DNA of 64,000 bases from the human T2T-CHM13v2.0 reference genome, Homo sapiens. Made by a program: the position numbers and the translations under genes. This document shows positions 27,503 to 39,400 of the stretch, piece after piece. The notes below the pieces were generated by a model. The model made no database searches. It saw only the letters and a list, made by a program, of their open reading frames with translations, and had not been told where the DNA came from. Where the stretch lies: positions 26,848,001 through 26,912,000 of the forward strand of contig CP068257.2 in NCBI GenBank assembly GCA_009914755.4, written 5' to 3'. The first letter of the stretch is position 1, and every line of letters starts with the position of its first letter.

Positions 27503-29530
27503 TCCTAAATATACAGTTTTTCTCCTATGAACATATTTTTAAGGTACAAATTTTCATTTCTGTAAAAGCCCTTTGAGATTTTATAAAACTGTATCTTTTG
27601 CTATTTAGGTGATCTCATCTTGTTCCATGACTACCTCAGACTGGACTTCTCCCTTTGCTCCCCCAAAGTCAATTGGACACCTTTGCTCAGGTGTTTCTAA
27701 AGTAACAGAACCTCATCTGTCTAAATTGAAGAAATTCGTCCGTAAATTGAGCAAAATGGAACAGGCATCTGAAATTTCTAAATATGCAATATTTTATGCC
27801 TGTTCAATAAATATGTTTAACAAGTGAATGCAAAAACAGGATATGCTACTTAAAAATCTAAATGGGCCTAGGGAAATTCACACCTTAATTAATTTTATTC
27901 AAATGATTGCTTGCTTCTTTGTTTTTCCTAAAGTCATGAGTAGTTATTAGGCTGAAAAAATTAATATTAAATACCTTTATTACAATCAGAATGTGTTCCT
28001 ATTGCATCATTTTCTCCTAAAACTTTAATGTGTCTTCTTGTCTCCTTCTTCCCATCCTTATTTGCCTTTTATTTTTATTTTTTATTTTCTTTCTTATCCA
28101 GGAATTTTAAGGATCAATTAATTGAAAAGATATGACTAGCTATCTAAATAGATTTTTTATTATCAAAAACAAATATGAACTTTTAGTCATTTAAAAATCA
28201 AAATAATATATCAGAAAATAGGCATTTTTGCAAGTGGGCTTTTTTTGCCACCAGGTTTATGGTTTTACTGCTTCCAACCTACCAGTTTATAGAGATAATA
28301 TTCACTTAAAGCAATTTCATAATACTGTCAATGGTTTGCATTTTTTACACTCTACCTAACCATAACAGTATCTGTATAACATTGTAGTTTAGCATTGTTA
28401 CTGGTTAAATTCCAAGCTAAGAACTTGATTAGAATAAGACACCTCTGATCCTTGAATCAACCCTTTTCATACAGTCTATTTTTAGAACAAGTTATGTAGT
28501 GTGTGGTGTGTCCAATAGGGTGAACGTGATGAAATGTATAAAACCTTACAAGTAAGAATGAAGCCCATTAGTCAAATTGTGCTTTTAATCTGTAAAGGCA
28601 TTACATCATAAGTCATTTAGAGGAAAGGGTAGAGTTTCCTCTTGAATTCATTACAGCATGAAAAGTAACATTTAGAAGGTAGAGTTTACAAAATGAAATT
28701 GTACCTCTCAGGTAGAAGCAATTTTCCCATGAGAAAGTACACCTTCTACTTAAAAAGAGACCAACTGTATTATTTCTCTATTCCATCATGTATAAGTGAC
28801 TGGAAACTTCTGAGCTCACTAGTAAACTTTCTAGAACTCTCAATGCAAAGAAAATGAGGCAGTGCAAATCAGGGCTCTATAAAAATACAGCAAAGAGAGG
28901 CCATTTCATTTGAGGAAATGTTATATGTAGATATTTTTAACTTGAGTCTAGAAAATTTTCTAGAAGTATAAATATGTAGCTTAAATATGTTTCTTAAAGA
29001 TCACTGGATAACTAAAACTGATGGCTTGCCTCACATCCTTGTCTTAAGATTCACCTGCTTAATACCCAGGAACTCCTGAAATTTAAATACTTGATTAAAC
29101 ATTAAGACACCTGAAAATTAAAAGTTTAATGTAATCATCTGACCTCAAATTATGCCAAAAATAAAACTGCTCCTTTTCTAAAATGATTAATAAAAAAGAT
29201 GGCAATGAAAAATTGTAACACAAAAAGCAGATGGGTATCGATTCACTTCTCTTCCAAACAAAGTCTTTGCAACTCAGCTTTCTCATTGTAAATGTAGAGT
29301 TTTACAAATCCTTACCTACTTCTCAAATTTAACTGGAAAATAAATTGAAATGATGTATGTGAAAGTATTAAAACTATGAGCCATATCAGTGCAATATGAT
29401 GAAGAGTTGAGGTAATTTGAAAATATTTAGCCTGGAGAAAAGAAGACTCACATGAAATAGGATAGATGTCTTAAGATACTTCAAAGGCTGAACCATGGAA
29501 GGGATTAGAACTATTCAAAATGACCTGCAA

Positions 29531-29572
29531 AACACACATACACACACGCACACACACACACGCACACACCAA
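29531..29572. repeat. Imperfect (CA)n microsatellite
   Basis: aacacacatacacacacgcacacacacacacgcacacacc. Confidence 0.85.
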
Positions 29573-30724
29573 TAGATAGAAGTAACAGAAAAATAGATTT
29601 GGGCTCAATAAAAGAAAATACGTTTCTAACAGAGTTTTTAGAAGCTATGAGCTTTGCCACACTAGAAATGCTCCAACGGAAGTAGAAGACATTATTATAC
29701 TAATGCTGAGGGGATAGTTCATATCTCAAACTGGCAACTGAGCTATATGATCTGTAAAATCCCTTCCAGAGTCAAGAATCTAGTATTTGAAACATATAGA
29801 GTATAATTGTTATTGTTTTTATTGTATTGTTATTTTCAATATTCTCTTCATAAGTGTCTAATGTACCTTAAGCATCGGCTTCATAAAGCTATAAGATCCT
29901 CTCACAGAGGCAAGATTCTTATACCTTTGTCATCTCTACAATTTGGAGAAAGTAAAAGGCAGAAGTGTCAGGAGTGAGCCTACCAGGAAATACATCCAAC
30001 CAAGCAAATATGCAACAGGCTGGAAGAGAGACAGGTAGGAGAGGCACAAAGACAAGGTTAAGGAGTTATCTAATGGCATTACTTTCCCTGGGACTAGTTC
30101 TGTGTCTGCACACAATGGAGAAATAGATGTTTTGTATAATTTCAGTTTAGCCAAACTGATAGGATCCATGATGCTAAGATCTTTATATACAGCTATGAGT
30201 AAATAAAATGTGCATAAAGAATTGATTATCAAAGTAATTTATTATAATTATTAAGAATAGAAACATGTATCACTTAATTAATTAGATTACATATAGTCTA
30301 GTTAACTCAGACCTTATCCTTTTCTTTTCTTCAATATCAATGTTCTTGTTGTTGTTTTGCCATGATTACCCAGATAATTTCCTCAAAGCTCTGTATCTTT
30401 GCCTTTCTGGAAACACGCTGGGCATGCTCTGAACACAATGCTAAGTCTCAGAAAATGTTCTAAAAACTTTGCCAGCCCATTTGCCTAGGAAGTCTGGAAC
30501 TGCCTGTTAGGCCAAATCCTTCAGTATCAAATTTAAAGCATCCCCAATATTAAATCAAAGGGACATCAAATTTTATTTAATAAATATGATAAGGTGTTTT
30601 GTCGCTCAGAGTTGGAACTATAAAGATAAACATCATCAATGAGATACTGTGGTCCAACAGACCTATTTTCAATCTCTCTGACTCCCATTCCAAAATATGT
30701 AAGTACACTTATCTACTTGCCTCA

Positions 30725-30790
30725 GATGAATCCAGATGAATCCAAGTAATTCATCCAAGATGAATCCAAGTAATTCATCCAAGATGAATC
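30725..30790. repeat. Tandem repeat, 24-bp unit x ~2.7
   Basis: gatgaatccagatgaatccaagtaattcatccaagatgaatccaagtaattcatccaagatgaatc. Confidence 0.85.
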
Positions 30791-31708
30791 TTTTTAAAGA
30801 AATTTCACAAATAAGGTAAATATTAGTTCTAAAACCCCATTAAATAGAATATTAAATTGACTGATACATTTGAGTGTGGAGCAAATGACAATTTTAAAAA
30901 GTTGATTAAATGTAAAGGAATACATACAATCAAATAAAGAAATTAATTTCAAGTATCATTTCTTAAATTAGCATATAATTATACATAGCTGAAAAGTCCA
31001 TTTAAAATAAATATGGCAACATAGTTAAGTTGTGGCTTGCCTAAAGCTGAGAATCATTAGTGTTCAGACATCTGACAAGAAATGGAAACTCTGGTGAAAT
31101 CCAAAGTTCTTGAAGTATTCAAAAAAAAGTCACTCTGTTATAAAAACAGCACTGTTTCATTCCTCAACCTCTTTTTTTTTCTTTTTAGCCACTAGAACCC
31201 ACTAAAATAATTGTTAAGGTTATAAATCATTTCAACAGAAAGCAAAAGCTCAGAAAAATCAAACATTTAGCTGGCTGGAAATCACACACTAAACGAGAAG
31301 TTAAAACTAAACTTTTGAATTTATAAGATGATAACAGTTATTTGTGTTTTATTCAAGTCTGAAAATATTTAATTTGTTGCAACTAAATAGAGTTCAGATG
31401 AAGACAGATAAGTAAAAATTCGCTTCTTTCCTGGTAGTGCAAAATGATAATGAAAACACAAAATGTTTGAAATCAGCTGAAACATAACACCAGGAAAGAA
31501 CACGCGTACACAATTCTTTACTTGCCTTGTTTCATCTTCTCTCTCTCTCCTTCATGAATCTCCATCCTTTTAAGATGGAGAAGACAAGAAAGAGTGAGTT
31601 GGAGGGGAGGGTAAGAGGAGGTAGTCAGAACTGCTACTAAAGAAAAGCTTGGGCAGGAGAGAAAACATTGAAGCAAGATTCTTCAATCTCAGCCTGCTCC
31701 TTTATGAA

Positions 31709-31735
31709 ACATATATATATATATATATATATATA
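31709..31735. repeat. (TA)n microsatellite
   Basis: catatatatatatatatatatatatataatc. Confidence 0.9.
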
Positions 31736-33864
31736 ATCTGAGTCAATAATGGTATGTATCCAATTTGGAAGCATAATTTCTATTATGCCTAAGAGCATGG
31801 CCAATTTCCTGGGTGTTACACTTGGGTAGTTGCACAGGGCAACTACAGAAAGGGCCAGGCTCTTGGTCTAATGCTTTGCTGTAGTCATCTTGACATTTTA
31901 AGAATCTCACCTTTGAGCCTGTGTTTCATACATTTAGTCCACAGGGACAATGAAACATGTACGTGAGCAGGGGACATACCCTGGAAAGCAGCCAGGGCAC
32001 GCAGGGACTCAGGCCCTGTTACTGCTAGCAGTCAGCAGCAGGGAGCATTTGGCCTGGTCAACCACTGCACACACCTGGGGCAGTCTTGGGCACCTTGCAG
32101 CCTCAAGGGGGCAGCCTAGCTAAGACTCTGGCCCAGATTGTCACTGACAATGGCGGCAGTATCAAAAGCAGTAGTAGTGAGAGTAACAGCTGCAGCCCTA
32201 CAGGAAAAGAGAATCTCCCAAGGGGAAAGGACCCTCAGAATGAGAGACCAGCTGGCCTGGCTATCCTGCAACCAATTTCTGCAGTATCTGTGCAAATACC
32301 CACTCCCTGGCCTACGAGCAGGGACAGGAACTTCCAGTGCTCAGGCAGTATATTTTATCAGTAAGCGATTACACTTTAAAAGCAGGCACATGGACACTGC
32401 AATAAAATAAATTAGGGAGCTATTAGGATTTTTCAGAGTTTCGGATCTCTGGTTTAAAATCTGCTAGAATATTGCAAAGTAAATATCCATAGGCTTAGAA
32501 GAAGAAACTAAAAATTGTTGCAATTGATGGAAAAGAGCATTCTTTTCATGTGATACTTCAGATAAATTATTAGTGAGAATGAAAATTTTAAATCTAATTT
32601 AACTTGTAACTGAAGATAAAGTGATAGAATGTATAAACAAATATATCCAATTCTAAACAAATCATGAACCACTTTCAGTTTCTTGTATGACCTCCCTAAA
32701 ATACAGAAATGTCAGAGGAAACATTAAATGCCACTATATAAATGTGCATTTAATTCATATTTCTACAAAACTGATTTGTATGAAAAGTTAAATCTTTTTG
32801 AAAAAACCGTTCCCCGAGATTCTTTAGCTCTAGATGTACTAAAATTTATATTTTGAAATAATTTATCAGAAAATAAATTCATTAAAAGTATAAATTGTGT
32901 TGTACCAATAAATAAATTCCCAGATAAGCAAGCCAGAAAAATTATGCAATGAATCATTATATCCCACCAATAAAGTTTTATAACATATTCTGTTGTCACC
33001 AAAAATATTACTGTTTGCATTTATAAGTTTATGTTTACTCATTTATTACTATTGCCCTTATTGCATGTTATAAATAAAATATTTTTACATGAAAAGGCTT
33101 TATATTAAGGTTTTGGTCCAGTTTTGCTAAAATATAAATTCCAAAACCCTATGCTGAATTAAGTGTGAATCCACTGTTATGCCAACCATTCGAATCAGAA
33201 TCACCTGGAATTCTTATTAAATATACAAATCCCTTGGCCTCACCCCAGACCTATTCTGTCAGAGCCCCTTGGGAAGGCAGGGCTGCAGGGAGACATGAGC
33301 ATTTGCCTTTATAATGAGCTCCCAAAGTTCCTTTAACCACACTTCCTTTATTTGCTTTTTGAAGAAAGGGCACTGCGTGTTAATTTTGCATTTTCCCCCA
33401 CAAATTATGTAGCAGGCTCCACCTGAGAGGAAGTAAACTTTGAGATCATTTTATGACTGAGAAGACTGAAATCCATGAGGGTTGAATGGCTCAGCCGTGA
33501 TTTCAAAGCTAGCTATGGAGAACAAATTTCTAGACTTTGAATTTGAGAGGATAGAGCCTGGAGCTGATCAAGAACCCACTTAGAAACCTCCAAATTATTA
33601 GAAGATATGGATCTGCTCCTTAGAGCTAACTTTCCTGGGTAATCAAGACCACAGGGAAACAGAGACGCAGCTGAGGGTGCACAGTAAGCAGCCAGAGCAT
33701 AGAAAACAAAGAAGGGGATGCTCTGCCAGCCTGCCATCCAATAGGGAAATGAGTCATTGGACTTAGCCAGATCTACTGATCCTTTTCTTTTCAGTGAACA
33801 CTTGCAAAAACAAATCTCAAGCAAGAATGGATCAAATAAACGTTTTCTTTAAACACTTTCATGG

Positions 33865-34540
33865 TAAGGGTGTGGTGAAATTGTAATCCTTGTGGATCGT
33901 TGGTGAGAATGTAACATGCTGCAGCCACCATAGAAAACAGTTCAGAGTCTCCACATAGAATTACCACATGATCCAGCAATTCCATGACTAGACATAGACC
34001 CCAAAGAATTAAAACAGAGGCTCAAACAGACCAATGTTTGTAGCAGTATTATTCACAATAGCCAGTTAGAAACCCAAGTATCTATCAACAGACGAATGAA
34101 TAAACAACACGCGGTATACACATAAAATGAAGTATTATCTAGCCACGTACAAGAATGAAATCCTGATGCATGTTACAATATAGATAACTTTGAAAGCATT
34201 ATGCTAAATGAGATGGCAGACACAATATTGTATAACTTCATTCATATGAGGTACCTAGAATGGTGAAATTCACAAAGACAGAAAGTAGAATGGAGGTTAC
34301 CACAGGCTGAAGTGGGGGGAATGGGGATTTATTGTTTAATGCGTACAGAATTTCAGTTGTGATCATGAAAAAGCTCCGGAAATAGAGACCAGTGATTATC
34401 ACACACCATGGTAAATGTACATATTGTCACTGAATTATACATTTAAACATGGTTAAAATGGTAAGTTTTATGTTATATGCATTTCACTACAGTAAAAAAT
34501 AAACTATGATAAGATATAAATAATTTTTTTAAAAAACTCT
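33865..34540 (+). mobile_element. L1M (L1MA–L1MC-type) 3'-end fragment, sense orientation
   Basis: ggtgagaatgtaacatgctgcagccaccatagaaaacagttc...gatccagcaattccatgactagacatagaccccaaagaattaaaacag...cagtattattcacaatagccag...aatggaggttaccacaggctgaagtggggggaatgggg...ggttaaaatggtaagttttatgttatatgcatttcactacagtaaaaaataaa. This is the classical L1 ORF2-end/3'UTR word order. Confidence 0.85.
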
Positions 34541-34897
34541 AGGCCCCTACAAAACATATTGTCTGGGTTCCAGATTATTTTCATTTCCTTATCAATTTAA
34601 TATCTCAGAAATTAAAATCAAAGTTCTAAAAATATCCCCAATCACTATTGACATTTGAGTGCCCAAAGGCAATGGTAAATCCAATTTATAGTAGAACTGA
34701 TTTGAAGAATATTATGAACAAATGAGAAATGTGAGAACATTTAACTGTCTCAGAATCATTGAATTTTAGAGTTAGAGAGAACTTCAGATATCTTGTTCAA
34801 TGTTTTCCAAAATGTATTTCACTGACCACTCATCCCACAATATATTCCATCATAAAAGGGTTCTATGCCAAGTCATCATAAAGAGACTACACTTTAT

Positions 34898-35072
34898 TTT
34901 TTTATTATTTATTTATTTTTTTGAAACAGGGTCTTACTCTGTTGCCCAGGCTGGAGTGCAGTGGCCCCATCATGGCTCACTGCAGCCTTGACCTCCCTGG
35001 GCTCAGGTGATTCTCCTGCCTCAGCCTCCCAAGTAGCTGGGACCACAGGCATGCGCCACCATACCCAGCTAA
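34898..35072 (-). mobile_element. Partial Alu (right-arm portion), reverse orientation
   Basis: T-rich then gaaacagggtcttactctgttgcccaggctggagtgcagtggccccatcatggctcactgcagccttgacctccctgggctcaggtgattctcctgcctcagcctcccaagtagctgggaccacaggcatgcgccaccatacccagctaattt. Confidence 0.85.
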
Positions 35073-35305
35073 TTTCTGGGCCTGGGTTGGCTTCTCTCTA
35101 GCTATTTGACTTTAGGTGAATCACCCCAACCTTCTGATTTCCAGTTTTCTCATTAGCAAAATGAATGGGTTGAATTAGATCAATGTTTCCTCCAAAAGGA
35201 CCTGTGATTAAATGAGTTTGGGGGGAAAGGAGGTAAAGATAAGCAGTGGTCTATACTGCGTTGATTCTGAAACCATTTCCACAGAGTCATCCACCACAGA
35301 TTTAC
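35072..35305. repeat. Left arm of a ~234-bp inverted repeat (partner at 36261-36494, ~97% identity)
   Basis: atttctgggcctgggttggcttctctctagctatttgactttaggtgaatcaccccaacc...gataagcagtggtctatactgcgttgattctgaaaccatttccacagagtcatccaccacagatttac. The reverse complement of 36261-36494 matches with about 7 mismatches. Confidence 0.9.
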
Positions 35306-35769
35306 CCAGTATATTTGGAGAGAGGGGGGTTTGTCACGTTGCCCAGACTGGTCTCAAACTCCTGGGCTCAAGCTATTTGCCCTCCTGTAGACATCAGCAA
35401 ATCAGCCCTGTGCATTTTAAATAAACCAGACCTGTTTTGCATGCCAGTGATTCTCAAATTGTAAAGAACACAGTAATCACCTGGGGGTCTTGCAGAAGTG
35501 CAGATTCTGATTAAGAAGGTCTGGGTGGAATCCAGGAATTAGCATTTTTAACAAGCTCTCAGTGCTGCTGCCGCTGTTGGTCCTGGATCATATATTCTGA
35601 GACAAGGCTAGAGAAGGCACTGCAACCTCGGACAGCACAGGGGTGAGAGTGTGCAGGTAGGTAGGGCCATACCAGTTGTGAAAATATTGACATACTTCCA
35701 TGCTGACTGATAAGTAACCACTGAAGGAGCATCCAGACTCCCCAGGATCCAGAAACAAACACCAGATTC

Positions 35770-36130
35770 CACTTGGGGGTGATATGGTTTGGCTGTGTCC
35801 CCACCCAAATCTCACCTTGAACTGTAATAATCCCCATGTGTGAAGGGTGGGGCCAGGTGGAGATAATTGAATCATGGGGGTGGTTTCCCCCATACTCTTC
35901 TCGTGGTAGTGAATAAGTCTCATGAGATCTGATGATTTTATAAGTGGGAGTTCCACTACACAAGCCCTTCTTCTTGCTACCATGTAAGACATGACTTTCC
36001 TCCTCCTTCACTTCTGCCATGATTGTGAGGCCTTCCCGGTCATGTAGAACTGTGAGAATTAAACCTCTTTCCTTTATAAATTACCCAGTCTTGGGTGTGT
36101 CTTTATCAGCAGCATGAGAACAGACTAGTA
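35770..36130 (+). mobile_element. Solo THE1-type MaLR LTR inside the inverted-repeat spacer
   Basis: tgatatggtttggctgtgtccccacccaaatctcaccttgaactgtaataatccccatgtgtgaagggtggggccaggtggagataattgaatcatggggg...ccatgattgtgaggccttcc...gaactgtgagaattaaacctctttcctttataaattacccagtcttgggtgtgtctttatcagcagcatgagaacagactagta. Flanked by ggggg on both sides, a possible 5-bp TSD. ORFs 35559..36020, 35588..35992 and 35608..35808 overlap it. Confidence 0.9.
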
Positions 36131-36260
36131 GAGGGGGTCTCAGAGCCACTTCAGAGTTGCAGCCAGCATTCATTCTGATTGGTCAATGACAGGCTGAACA
36201 GTTGTTTACTGTTTAAAGTAGGTTACCCTGGAAAAGGTCTTACCAGACAGGCAGCTCCCA

Positions 36261-36494
36261 GTAAATCTGTGGTGGATGACTCTGTGGAAATGGTTTCAGA
36301 ATCAATGCAGTATAGACCCCTGCTTATCTTTACCTCCTTTTCCCCCAGACTCATTTAATCACAGGTCCTTTTGGAGGAAACATTGATCTAATTCAACCCA
36401 TTCATTTTGCTAATGAGAAAACTGGAAATCAGAAGGTTGGGGTGATTCACCTAAAGTCATATAGCTAGAGAGAAGCCAACACAGGCCCAGAAAT
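36261..36494. repeat. Right arm of the ~234-bp inverted repeat
   Basis: gtaaatctgtggtggatgactctgtggaaatggtttcagaatcaatgcagtatagacccctgcttatc...gccaacacaggcccagaaat, the reverse complement of 35072-35305. Confidence 0.9.
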
Positions 36495-39400
36495 CCGTTC
36501 TTCTCACTCTCACAGTCATGCCCAATTGAGTTTTCCTAATATATAAGATGGTTTAGTTCAGCAATTGTAGAAGAGGGATAACCTATAAAGCTTATATTGC
36601 AAACCAGGTAAACTATCTGAATTAGCATTACTTTAAAGAAGAATCTCTATTTCTTTAACTCCAAACCCTCAGCTACGAAATATATTTTTATCAGGGTTAT
36701 AGAGGTATTATGTGAAAATTCTACTGTATCTAAAATCTTCAGGTCATGCTGTCCAAAACCCCTCACCAGAGATGCAGAATTGAGCTAAAGTGACTTGCTT
36801 AATGTCACCAGCACAATGGCTATTTAGTGACAAATCCAAGACCAGTACCCAGATCTCTTTACTCTCATTGTGGAGCTTGTTTCTGCAAACCGCAACTGGA
36901 TTCACTTTAGTTTTCTAAAGGAAGTATCTGAATGAATGACTGTTTAGCACAGCCCAAGCTGCTGTGTAACTAGGTCACTGAATACAAGTTTACTTTTCTT
37001 AAGAACAAGGTGTGAACAACCACCATCTGAGCATGAATGAGACCTGCAATGGTGTACTATAGGCTTGAGGAAACTGCCCTCTGCTGGGATGCAGTGATGC
37101 TGCCTTTCACCATACCTTTAAAAGAAGGACTGAACTATTAAATATTCCCCGAGGTTCAATGAGGAATAAAGGAGGCACGCAGAGATATTGGTACACGGAA
37201 GCAAAACGTTTTGCCATATGCCTTCTTAGAAAATTATTTTCCAGCTGCAGTCAAATTCCCTTTAACAACTGCATCTGCATTTGTAACCCCTACGCAGCAT
37301 CCCGGCTGCTCCACGATGGCCTTGGGGGATATCTGTTACAGGGCTGGATGCCCTCTTATGAGAAATCTGGGAGTTGTATGCCCTGATTCTCACCCACCTC
37401 AAACCAAGAGGACACAGTGGTTACCGTTGTGTGTTACCAGATAAGGTTACAGAAGGGATCAGAGAGGTGTCTGTGATTCAGTTCAAGGCCAAGGTAATTG
37501 CTACAACTTCAGCACTGAAGCGTTTTACAAAGGAAATAGCACCATCAGGTTGCAACACTGGTTTTCCTGTTCAATCTTAAAAAGGAACTGCCCTCAATAA
37601 ATCATCTTCCTAATGGAAATGACAGAATTATTCTCCCAGGAGGACAATACAAACCACACATCCCTCTTAATAGGAAGGAAACACAGAGCCACAGCTGCCT
37701 GGGAGGATCCAAGGCTTCCAAGGGATTTGTTTCCCCTTTGTCCCTCTGAGGTCACTTTTTACAAATTTTCTAAGTCATTGTTTACATGTAAACATAGACC
37801 CCCATCTCCTCAAATATGTTGTCTGTTTCATTTTTTTCTAAAAACTATGTCTATGGTTAATGTAAGGGAAAAAAATCATCATATATCTAAAGCAAAAAGT
37901 AAAGTTGTAAATCAGAGTAAGGTATGTTTTTGTTAATAATGCCAATAAAATTAAATGCAAAAAAACAGAGTGGTAGCTTTTGGAGAAGACTGTGTGATTA
38001 TCTCTCCTTCTGCGTTTGTCTTATTTTTAAATATTGTATATTTTTATAATTGGATTATAAAATTCTTGTTATTTAAAATCATTTATTCGATCATGTATAA
38101 TCTACCACAAGGGTTTGATGCATACCAATATCACTAGCAACTTTTAAAAGTGGAGCAGAAATATATAGATCATATAATGGGATTTTAAAACCAGAACTAA
38201 TAATTCACTTTCACGTTCTCTATCAATTGCATTACGTTTATTAAGAATTAGTAATAAACTTTGCATATGGCATTTGGCAAAGAAACTTCAATTCATTTCT
38301 TTAAAAATGAATTTGTTAGAACTCCAGGTTTCTTTTCCAATCAAAACTTTAGGAAATGCCACTCCCAAACCAACTGAACAGCCAGGCTTTTGGTTTCTGA
38401 GAAATTCTTGCCCAGGTCACCAGAGAATGAAAGGTCAACTTTGAGGAAGTTTCTGGAACAAGGAAGAATATCAGTGAAATTGGCTGGAATTTTTTGAGCG
38501 GTGAAAAAAAAAATCCCTTGACTATTAAGTAAGCTATATGTGAGTAAGGTCACAGTTTTATCAAATTCATCCTGGGCATTTGGTCAGATCCTTTGAAACT
38601 TTTTCCCATGGTTAACATTCTATTTTGTTGCATTTTTGGCATGATGACTAAGAGATTTGGGGCACTGGCCCAAAAATCATAATTTTTTTTTGTTGTTGTT
38701 GTTATAACAAATTAATAAATTAGAGGAAATAGGTGTTCTTTTTTTTTTTTTGGAAATTCACAATGAATAGCCTACTTTGGGGAGAAAAACATCACAATTT
38801 GTTACATGTTCTTTTTGCATTCTTAATTTTTATTTTTTCTGCCATGATAAATCTTATGGAGCTCTTAAACAGAAGCGTTTTCCAAATACGGTTCTTAAGA
38901 CCCTACAGTTTTCTCCCGCTTCCATCTAAAGATCTGCATGAAGCCAAAGTTTCTTTATATGTTTCATCCAAAATAACATGTTGTAATAGACTGAATGCAG
39001 AAGCAGATAAAAGAAATTGTCTTCTATTAAGCCAGACATAAAAGATTTTCAAAAATGTGAAACAATGACGTTTTCTCACTTTCCTTGTTTCAAAAAATAG
39101 TTACTTTTCACAGAAATATGTCATTTATGGAAATAAATTTAGTATTTTTCATTAATTGCTTTTGTCCATTACTATTATTTGTAATGTATTAGTAAATACA
39201 TATTTTTTATTTTCTCAGTATTAATTTCAAATACAGTAAATAGCAACAGAAAGAACCAACCGAAATAGAAACTCTTTGGGATCCTCAAATTTCTAACAAT
39301 GTAAGAAGGTCCTAAGATCAAAAAGTATGAGAATTTCTAAGATAGAGAAGCCCCTTCCTTTTTAAGTTTCATGTACACGTTTCTGGCGGGAATAGAGCCT

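Noticed and set aside
33100-33300. Segments resembling old MER-type repeats ('aatcagaatcacctgg...cccttggcctcaccccagacctattctgtcagag'), also at 35440-35560, 40360-40470 and 62935-63210.
   Set aside because: They are probably ancient interspersed-repeat fragments, but I cannot assign the family or precise boundaries from memory, so I have not listed them as features. RepeatMasker would settle them.
35559-36020. The 153-aa and 134-aa minus-strand ORFs.
   Set aside because: They run straight through the THE1 solo LTR and are repeat-derived.
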